Assembly: GCA_047284725.1 (NCBI GenBank)
Contig: JBJBEO010000001.1
Span: 1,912,203 to 1,976,202 of the forward strand
Reading direction: 5' to 3'
From: Synechococcus sp.
GTDB lineage: Bacteria; Cyanobacteriota; Cyanobacteriia; PCC-6307; Cyanobiaceae
DNA length: 64,000 bases
Shown here: positions 52,609-64,000 of the stretch, in pieces
Layout of the letters: each line of letters opens with the position of its first letter
Numbering within the stretch: the stretch's first letter is position 1
Position numbers and translations under genes: made by a program
The notes under the pieces: generated by a model
Database searches by the model: none
Told to the model about the DNA's origin: nothing
What the model saw: only the letters and a program-made list of their open reading frames with translations

Positions 52609-52915
52609 ATCGATTAACAAGGATCCATTACCTTGCGGGGGAATGAACCTTCACCAATCAGAAGCAACATGAGGCGATCAGACATCCTGCACCAGTGAAG
52701 GTGATAAAAGCCCACAAGAGGAAATTTTAATGTTGTGCGCCAGAACAATCCTCTGACATCAGCAACGGTTGTTCTTGAAGGAGCTCACCTTCATGGGTGA
52801 GAAGCAGACCGAGTGCAATGCCGCAAGCAGCGAGACCGAGTCCGGCGGCAGTTTCAGTACCGCTTGTTCAGAACCAGAGGGCGATCTCTCATCAACACGC
52901 AGCAAACCAGAACAC

Positions 52916-52946
52916 AAAAAAAGCCGCCCCATCAGGAACGGCTTTC
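52916..52946 (-). terminator. Intrinsic terminator of the rrn operon
   Basis: Minus strand reads GAAAGCCGTTCC-TGAT-GGGGCGGCTTTTTTT, downstream of 5S. Confidence 0.75.
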
Positions 52947-53013
52947 TTCGCGGGAGTCAGACAACAATTGTGTTGTTCAATCTGAATCCAACAGTTAGTC
53001 AAGAATTGGTTTT

Positions 53014-53131
53014 ACCTGGCATCGAGTTATTTTCTCAGGGGGCTACCCCCCAAATATCGTCACCGCTGCTGCGTTTCACAACCGAGTTCGAGATGGATCG
53101 GAGTGGGACCACAGCGCTATGGACACCAGGA
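53014..53131 (-). rRNA. rrf: 5S rRNA
   Basis: Minus strand TCCTGGTGTCCATAGCGCTGTGG...CCATCTCGAACTCGG...GATGCCAGGT. Ends approximate. Confidence 0.95.
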
Positions 53132-53242
53132 TAGTCTCAATTCTCAAGGATGAACCCTGAGAACTGCATAGGTTCTGATTACTGTCGTAATCACATCATG
53201 AAAAGAATCAAGCTTGCTTCAAAAGGCAAGAACCAAAATGTT

Positions 53243-56106
<2,864 letters not shown>

Positions 56107-56305
56107 AATTAACATCCAACACGCTTGCCGTCGTTGAAACGGATTCTTTCTGATTCATTGCTGAATCAGAAATCAAACTCCCAATTGCTCGACACAATCA
56201 GAAGAACGTGATGGAGTCTCGGCTCTTGCTCAAGAATCAAACATCATCCAAAAAAGAATGATGCATCCATGAGATGCTTTATTCTTTCCAGACTCACCTA
56301 TGCAG

Positions 56306-56317
56306 TTGTCAAGGTTC
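56306..56317 (-). promoter_or_regulatory. boxA antitermination element in the ITS
   Basis: Minus strand GAACCTTGACAA upstream of 23S. Confidence 0.7.
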
Positions 56318-56491
56318 TGCTAGAACTTCAAACTGATTGATCAGTTTGAGCCCAGCATCTTATCAACCAAAATCAAAGTTGTTTTCTGACTTGGAATGAC
56401 AGGAAGCTGGGATCGTCCAGCGGACACATCTAAATCACACTCCATTCGAGCTCAACTCCATACTCTGAAGTTGGGGACAAAGTTCGGTCAG

Positions 56492-56564
56492 TGGAGGTTA
56501 GGAGACTCGAACTCCTGACATCCTGCTTGCAAAGCAGGCGCTCTACCAACTGAGCTAAACCCCC
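56492..56564 (-). tRNA. tRNA-Ala (TGC)
   Basis: GGGGGTTTAGCTCAGTTGGTAGAGCGCCTGCT-TTGCA-AGCAGG...TTCGAG...CCTCCA, in the 16S-23S spacer. Confidence 0.97.
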
Positions 56565-56573
56565 AACACCGAA

Positions 56574-56647
<74 letters not shown>

Positions 56648-56832
56648 AGGAGTCTCATCCCTTTTGGGGTGTGACCTAGACAAAGTTTAGGAACTGAAAA
56701 TCTCCATCAAGCAACTCACATCGCTGCAAGTTCTTGACTTCAAAGCTGAGGTACCGATCGACCTAAGGTGACAGGATTTCGGCCTAAGAATAAAAGCACT
56801 CAGGCATCAAAATCATTGTGTTGTCTCCCTGT

Positions 56833-58316
<1,484 letters not shown>

Positions 58317-58681
58317 AGATCAATTCCTCTCGGACATTCTCATATCCTCAAATTGATTTGCTTCACCCACACTGCAAGCTTCCGCTCAGTGCAGTTGTCG
58401 CCTCCTCTCCGCTGACACAGAAAGGGTTCTTAAGAGTGCACTTCTAGATCTCTCTATCCATGACTTTCCAGGATCTCAGATCCGGTTGTTGCTCCACCAT
58501 TTGCACACCGGCAACAAAGAGGCTCGTGAAAACCTCCTCGTTGCAGCAAATGACTTCTTCGCAACGAAATTGTTTGACGGGACCTCACACCTTTATCGCA
58601 ATTTCATTTAATCTCTCCCCTCACCTCGCGGCTTGGCTCAACATTAAACGCGATAAAAGCGTCAGTTCCTAAACTTTTCAA

Positions 58682-58693
58682 TTGTCCAGGTTC
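58682..58693 (-). promoter_or_regulatory. boxA-like element in the rrn leader
   Basis: Minus strand GAACCTGGACAA. The adjacent 58662-58676 is complementary to ITS ~56684-56698 (16S processing stem). Confidence 0.65.
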
Positions 58694-58742
58694 TCGCCTC
58701 CCTTCTCCCTCTCAGGAGTCGTTCAGCGCTGCAGCCTCGCGG

Positions 58743-58846
58743 CCGCTTGTTGAACTTACAACACCGTGGGATCTCTCTCCCGGCCTCATAAGTGACGCGG
58801 TCTCTCAACCGCTTGATGAACCTACAACATCGTGGGATCGCTCCCC
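58743..58846 (-). repeat. Two 38-bp direct repeats upstream of rrn (probable tandem promoters)
   Basis: 58743-58780 and 58809-58846 are 33/38 identical, with a 66-bp period. Confidence 0.75.
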
Positions 58847-59063
58847 TTCCGCTCTCGGCTCACTACCGTCAAACAAGCACTCGCGTACTCGCTTCCAGCA
58901 GTCCGCACGCTCGCCTCTCGGCTCCCGCGCAGTCCAAAACCATAACCCATACATCCCCCTACACGCAACCCTTTCTTCAATTCACCACTTCTCCAGACTT
59001 GCTTCCACTCCCCTCTCCCTTTGCCATTACTAGCGTTTAGCTCGAAGGACTCCAGCGCGAGTA

Positions 59064-60551
59064 ATGGCAGGACGCTTCAGCCAGCAACATCAACGTGTAC
59101 GGCCAAGCTCCAAAGAAGACCAGGTCGTCGACAAGGCAAGGGAGCACTTCGAGCGCACGCTCATTCACGCAGCGGGATCAGTGGCAGGCAGCGTTGCCGC
59201 TCTTGAGCACCCAAGCCACGACGAAGCCCTTAATTACGGGGAGATCTTCCTGCGCGACAACGTGCCCGTGATGATCTACCTGCTCACGCAGAAGCGCTAT
59301 GCGGAAGTCAGGCATTTCTTGACTGTCTGCCTCGATCTTCAGAGCACGACTTACCAAACCCGTGGGGTGTTCCCCACCAGCTTTGTGGAAGAGGGCCATG
59401 ACCTCATTGCTGACTATGGCCAGCGGTCGATCGGCAGGATCACCTCTGTTGACGCCAGTTTGTGGTGGCCAGTGCTGTGCTGGCTTTATGTAAAACGCAG
59501 TCGTGACGAGGAATTCGGCTCCAGCCAAAAAGTGCAGCGTGGTGTGCAGTTACTGCTGGACCTCGTCCTGCATCCCACCTTCGAAGGCACACCGGTGCTG
59601 TTTGTACCGGACTGCGCCTTCATGATTGACCGTCCGATGGACGTCTGGGGAGCCCCACTCGAGGTAGAAGTGCTGCTGTACGCATCCCTGCGCAGTTGCA
59701 TCAAGTTGATGGAGCTGAGCAGACGTCACCACGACAGCCGCTTACTGGATCAACGATTAGTGCTCACGCGCCAGTGGGTGCACGATCTGCGCCAATTCCT
59801 ACTGAAGCACTACTGGGTGACCAGTAAGACGATGCAGGTGTTGCGGCGCCGGCCAACCGAACAGTACGGAGATAATCAGCACCAAAACGAGTTCAACGTT
59901 CAGCCGCAGGTGATTCCTGACTGGCTACAGGACTGGCTTGAAAACCGGGGCGGTTACCTGATCGGCAATATGCGCACCGGTCGTCCTGATTTTCGTTTTT
60001 ACAGTCTGGGAAATTCCCTTGGCTGTCTTTTCGGACTGCTGACCAGTCCTCAACAACGCGCGCTGTTCAGACTCGTCCTTCATAACCGCGACCATCTCAT
60101 GGCCCAGATGCCGATGCGTATCTGTCACCCGCCGATGGACGGCCTCGAATGGCAAAACAAAACGGGGTCAGATCCGAAAAACTGGCCCTGGAGTTACCAC
60201 AACGGAGGGCACTGGCCAAGCTTGCTCTGGTTCTTCGGAGCCGCCATTCTTCTGCATGAGCGCCGACATCCCCACGCTGATGTGTTGCTGATGGGCCAAA
60301 TGAAAGCGCTGCTGGAAGAAAGCTACTGGAGTCAGCTCAATCAACTGCCGCGTCAGCAATGGGCGGAATACTTTGATGGCCCCACTGGCACATGGGTTGG
60401 GCAACAGTCACGCACGTATCAGACCTGGACCATCGTTGGCTTTCTCCTCCTTCACCACTTCTTGCGAACAAGCCCAGAAGACGTGGAAATTCTCGACCTG
60501 GACGACCTCCTCCCCGAAAAGATGGCGGAAGAGGATGAAAAAACACAATAA
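59064..60551 (+). CDS. Alkaline/neutral invertase (GH100)
   Basis: Motifs LNYGEIFLRD, VDASLWW, MIDRPMDV, WSYHNGGHWP and WAEYFDG. Confidence 0.92.
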   Translation: MAGRFSQQHQRVRPSSKEDQVVDKAREHFERTLIHAAGSVAGSVAALEHPSHDEALNYGEIFLRDNVPVMIYLLTQKRYAEVRHFLTVCLDLQSTTYQTRGVFPTSFVEEGHDLIADYGQRSIGRITSVDASLWWPVLCWLYVKRSRDEEFGSSQKVQRGVQLLLDLVLHPTFEGTPVLFVPDCAFMIDRPMDVWGAPLEVEVLLYASLRSCIKLMELSRRHHDSRLLDQRLVLTRQWVHDLRQFLLKHYWVTSKTMQVLRRRPTEQYGDNQHQNEFNVQPQVIPDWLQDWLENRGGYLIGNMRTGRPDFRFYSLGNSLGCLFGLLTSPQQRALFRLVLHNRDHLMAQMPMRICHPPMDGLEWQNKTGSDPKNWPWSYHNGGHWPSLLWFFGAAILLHERRHPHADVLLMGQMKALLEESYWSQLNQLPRQQWAEYFDGPTGTWVGQQSRTYQTWTIVGFLLLHHFLRTSPEDVEILDLDDLLPEKMAEEDEKTQ

Positions 60552-60577
60552 AAAAGCCCGGTCTGAAGACCGAGCCT
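60550..60577 (-). terminator. Intrinsic terminator after petD
   Basis: Minus strand AGGCTCGGTC-TTCA-GACCGGGCTTTTTT, between convergent genes. Confidence 0.75.
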
Positions 60578-60597
60578 CTATTAGTTCAAAGAACTGA

Positions 60598-61080
60598 TCA
60601 GAAAAGGCCGAGGGTCAAGGACTTGTCAATGGGCAGTGCAGCACCAATGCCGAGATAAATCGTGGTGACAGTTCCGAACAGGAAAACTGCCATAGCAACA
60701 GGCCGACGGAAGGGATTTTGAAACTTGTTAAAGCTCTCGATAAAAGGCACCAGCATTAACCCGAGGGGAACCAGTGTTTGAAGAGCGATACCCAAAAGCT
60801 TGTTGGGAACAACCCTGAGAATCTGAAAGACCGGATAGAGATACCACTCAGGCAAGATCTCCAGAGGGGTAGCGAACGGATCGGCCTTGTCGCCGAGCAT
60901 GGCCGGATCAAGGACAGCCAGACCGACCACACACGCAATAGTCCCCAGAATCACAACAGGGAAAATGTAGAGAAGGTCGTTGGGCCAAGCAGGCTCACCA
61001 TAGTAATTGTGGCCCATCCCTTTGGCGAGCTTGGCCCGGAGGTTGGGATCAGTGAGGTCAGGCTTCTTGAGGATGTGCAT
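60598..61080 (-). CDS. petD: Cytochrome b6f subunit IV
   Basis: Motifs [16 protein letters not shown] and PEWY. Confidence 0.98.
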   Translation of the reverse strand: MHILKKPDLTDPNLRAKLAKGMGHNYYGEPAWPNDLLYIFPVVILGTIACVVGLAVLDPAMLGDKADPFATPLEILPEWYLYPVFQILRVVPNKLLGIALQTLVPLGLMLVPFIESFNKFQNPFRRPVAMAVFLFGTVTTIYLGIGAALPIDKSLTLGLF

Positions 61081-61128
61081 GGGATTGACCAGAGAATGTT
61101 CGTAGTGGACTGAACGTGGATCGCTGGA

Positions 61129-61785
61129 TCACAAGGGACCGGAAATACCCTGCTTCCGGATCATCAGGAAGTGCATGAGCATGAAAACGGCCAAGAGCCA
61201 GGGCATCACGAAGGTGTGGAGGCTGTAAAAGCGAGTGAGTGTGGACTGACCAACACTCTCGCCGCCACGCAGCAACTCGACCATGAAGTCACCGACAACC
61301 GGAATGGCAGCTGGAACACCGGAAACGATTTTGACGGCCCAATAACCAACCTGATCCCAGGGCAGCGAGTAACCGGTCACACCGAAAGAAACGGTGATCA
61401 CAGCCATGGTGACGCCGGTCACCCAAGTGAGCTCACGGGGACGCTTAAAGCCTCCGGTGAGATACACGCGGAACACGTGAAGGATCAGCATCAGAACCAT
61501 CATCGACGCACTCCAGCGGTGAACGGAGCGGATCAGCCAGCCAAAGCTGACGTCGGTCATCAGGTACTGAACAGAGGAATAGGCCTCAGCAACAGTCGGC
61601 TTGTAGTAAAAGGTCATCGCGAATCCAGTCGCGAACTGGATCAGGAAGCAGACCAGAGTGATCCCACCAAGGCAATAAAAAATATTGACGTGAGGGGGCA
61701 CGTACTTGGTGCTGATGTCGTCAGCGATGTCCTGAATTTCAAGACGTTCCTGGAACCAGTCGTAGACAGGTGAGGAGTTCGCCAT
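61129..61785 (-). CDS. petB: Cytochrome b6
   Basis: Motifs [18 protein letters not shown] and [10 protein letters not shown]. Confidence 0.98.
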   Translation of the reverse strand: MANSSPVYDWFQERLEIQDIADDISTKYVPPHVNIFYCLGGITLVCFLIQFATGFAMTFYYKPTVAEAYSSVQYLMTDVSFGWLIRSVHRWSASMMVLMLILHVFRVYLTGGFKRPRELTWVTGVTMAVITVSFGVTGYSLPWDQVGYWAVKIVSGVPAAIPVVGDFMVELLRGGESVGQSTLTRFYSLHTFVMPWLLAVFMLMHFLMIRKQGISGPL

Positions 61786-61844
61786 GCAGAAGTGGGCTTG
61801 GATTGCGAGAGTCTACTGAATGCATCCCAACGAACGCGCCCGGT

Positions 61845-63125
61845 ATGAAGCCGATGTTGCCGACTGTTAACTCCCGCCAGAAAGTCGTTCGTGCCCTGGC
61901 CTGTGGCCTGATCAGCCTGATGCTGACGGCCTCCCTCTGGTCAAGACCAGTGCTGGCCCTCAACGATGCCCAACAGCTGGTGGTGGAAAGCTGGAAACTG
62001 GTGAACCAGAGCTACGTCAGCCCCGAACGGTTCGAAACTATTCATTGGAAGCGTCTGCGGCAGAAGGCACTGGAAGGAACGATTGAAAGCAGCGACCAGG
62101 CCTACAGCGCCATCGAAACAATGCTGGCTCCTTTGGGGGACCCCTACACCCGTCTGCTGCGGCCGGATGACTACTCGACGATGAAAGCCAGCAACCAAGG
62201 CAATCTCAGCGGTGTAGGACTCCAGCTAGCCCATGGGGACAAAGCGGGAGACGTTGTTGTGATCGCTCCCCTGGAAGGGTCTCCCGCCGCAGAAGCAGGC
62301 GTGGTCAGCGGGACGGCGATTCTCACGGTGAACGGAGAGTCAACAGAGTGTCTTGGCCTCGAGGGAACTGCAGCGATGCTGCGAGGTGATGCGGGCACGC
62401 AGGTGGTGTTGACCCTGAAAACCCCCTCTGGCAGCAGCGAAGAATTGACCTTGGAACGACGCAGTGTGGATCTGCGACCTGTGCGAACTCGCCGGCTGCG
62501 CCGTGACGATCACACGCTCGGTTATTTGCGCATCACCCAGTTCAGCGATGGGGTGCCCGAACAGGTGGGTGAAGCGCTAAATGAGCTCTCAGACAAAGGC
62601 ATCGAAGGCTTGGTGCTGGATCTCCGCAACAACTCCGGAGGGTTGGTGAGCGCTGGTCTGGCCGTGGCCGACACCTTCCTCAGTGGCGAGCCGATTGTGG
62701 AAACGCGTAACCGTGATGGGATCGCTGATCCGATTCAGGCCAGCCAAGCCACCCTCTACGACGGACCGATGGTGACCCTTGTCAATGGAGGGACCGCCAG
62801 CGCCAGTGAGATCCTGGCGGGAGCTCTGCAGGACGATGGACGATCCCAACTCGTGGGAAGTCGGACCTTCGGCAAAGGGCTGATCCAGACCCTGACCAAT
62901 CTCAGTGATGGCAGTGGCCTGGCTGTGACGGTGGCCGGCTATCTCACCCCTAGCGGCCAGGACATCCAGGGCCAAGGCATTGAACCCGACCGTTTACTGG
63001 ACCAACCAGAACCTCTCAACCCTGGAGGTGATGGCGATGGCTGGCTGACGGATGCGGCCAGGATCATGGAAAGCATGCTGGATCGTGTCGAAAATTCAGA
63101 GGTCCCAACCACCCAGGTCAGCTGA
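61845..63125 (+). CDS. ctpA: Carboxyl-terminal processing protease (S41A)
   Basis: DPYT, a PDZ domain, LDLRNNSGG, TASASEI and FGKG; divergent from petB. Start and paralogue assignment are less certain. Confidence 0.85.
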   Translation: MKPMLPTVNSRQKVVRALACGLISLMLTASLWSRPVLALNDAQQLVVESWKLVNQSYVSPERFETIHWKRLRQKALEGTIESSDQAYSAIETMLAPLGDPYTRLLRPDDYSTMKASNQGNLSGVGLQLAHGDKAGDVVVIAPLEGSPAAEAGVVSGTAILTVNGESTECLGLEGTAAMLRGDAGTQVVLTLKTPSGSSEELTLERRSVDLRPVRTRRLRRDDHTLGYLRITQFSDGVPEQVGEALNELSDKGIEGLVLDLRNNSGGLVSAGLAVADTFLSGEPIVETRNRDGIADPIQASQATLYDGPMVTLVNGGTASASEILAGALQDDGRSQLVGSRTFGKGLIQTLTNLSDGSGLAVTVAGYLTPSGQDIQGQGIEPDRLLDQPEPLNPGGDGDGWLTDAARIMESMLDRVENSEVPTTQVS

Positions 63126-63133
63126 CCAACGCC

Positions 63134-64000
63134 ATGGGATGCCGCACCTATCACGACCCACTGCACGGCAGCATTCATCTGGATGACAGCGATCCCGCGG
63201 AAGCCATGGTGCTTGGGCTTGTGGAAAGCGGACCCTTTCAACGGCTGCGGCGTATCCGTCAGTTAGGTCCGGCTTTTCTCACGTTTCATGGAGCCGAGTC
63301 GAGCCGCTTCACCCACTCCCTCGGCGTCTTTCATCTGGCGAGGCGAGCTCTGGGCAAATTGCTTCCTCTCGATCCAAGCCTGGAGCAGCACAAAGCGGTG
63401 CTCTACGGCGCAGCGCTTCTACACGACCTGGGCCATGCCCCCCTCAGTCACACAGGAGAGGACATGTTCGGGCTGCATCATGAGGCGTGGTCGGCGCGAC
63501 TGGCCAGAAAGCATCCCGACGTGTGCCCCCTGCTCGAGGACAGCGGAGAAGGCACGGCAGAGGCTGTCGCCAGCCTGCTGGAGGATGGCCAAGCAGAGCG
63601 CCGGGTGATCAAGGCTCTCATCAGCAGCCAACTCGACTGCGATCGCCTCGATTACCTGATGCGCGACAGCTACAGCACAGGGGCCCGCTACGGCCAACTA
63701 GATCTGGATCGCATTCTCGAAGCCCTCACCTTGGCTCCGGATGGCGATCTAGCCATTCATCCGAAGGGCTTGATGGCCGTTGAGCACTACCTGGTGGTCC
63801 GCAATCTGATGTATCGCAGCGTCTACACCCACCGTCTCAATGTGGTGTGCAACTGGATGCTCGAAAAGGTCGTGCATCTTGCGCGGCAGCTGGGAGCAGA
63901 TCGGGTCTGGAGCGATGCCGTGATGGCGAACTGGCTTTGGGACACCGCTTCCCTGACAGCCGATGACTTTCTCGCCAATGACGACCTGAGAACGGGCTAT
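63134..64000 (+). CDS. HD-domain phosphohydrolase (dNTPase-like; 3' truncated by window edge)
   Basis: MGCRTYHDPLHG...FQRLRRIRQLG...SRFTHSLG...LLHDLGH...LDCDRLDYL. Absent from the ORF track because there is no stop in the window. Confidence 0.9.
   Translation, partial: MGCRTYHDPLHGSIHLDDSDPAEAMVLGLVESGPFQRLRRIRQLGPAFLTFHGAESSRFTHSLGVFHLARRALGKLLPLDPSLEQHKAVLYGAALLHDLGHAPLSHTGEDMFGLHHEAWSARLARKHPDVCPLLEDSGEGTAEAVASLLEDGQAERRVIKALISSQLDCDRLDYLMRDSYSTGARYGQLDLDRILEALTLAPDGDLAIHPKGLMAVEHYLVVRNLMYRSVYTHRLNVVCNWMLEKVVHLARQLGADRVWSDAVMANWLWDTASLTADDFLANDDLRTGY

Overview
The window looks like core chromosome of a GC-rich marine picocyanobacterium (Synechococcus-like), judged from psaE, petB/petD, ndhB, vipp1 and a cyanobacterial-type rRNA operon. 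Most of it is ordinary housekeeping DNA: topA, ndhB, birA, rpmH-rnpA-yidC, serS, rpsN, pnp, rsmI, glpK-glpD, treS, recQ, mutM, a neutral invertase, petBD, a ctpA-like protease, and one complete minus-strand rrn operon (16S, tRNA-Ile, tRNA-Ala, 23S, 5S). Two stretches look accessory. (1) A ~5.9 kb, visibly more AT-rich, gene-poor island directly downstream of tRNA-Arg(UCU), about 34061-39970. It contains a degenerate direct repeat of the tRNA 3' half (att-like scar, 37771-37804), several micro-ORFs below the 60-aa cut-off of the ORF track (a 58-aa four-Cys protein and two 27-28-aa hydrophobic peptides), a ~115-nt imperfect hairpin with a competing alternative helix, and a perfect 20-bp CTAG-rich inverted repeat. 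(2) A ~740 bp non-coding gap plus an orphan OmpR-family regulator (9103-10578). I found no CRISPR array, intact integrase or transposase, or recognisable defence system. I cannot demonstrate a new biological system from sequence alone; the island micro-ORF/structured-RNA cluster is the best candidate. All calls come from motif recognition by eye, without database searches.
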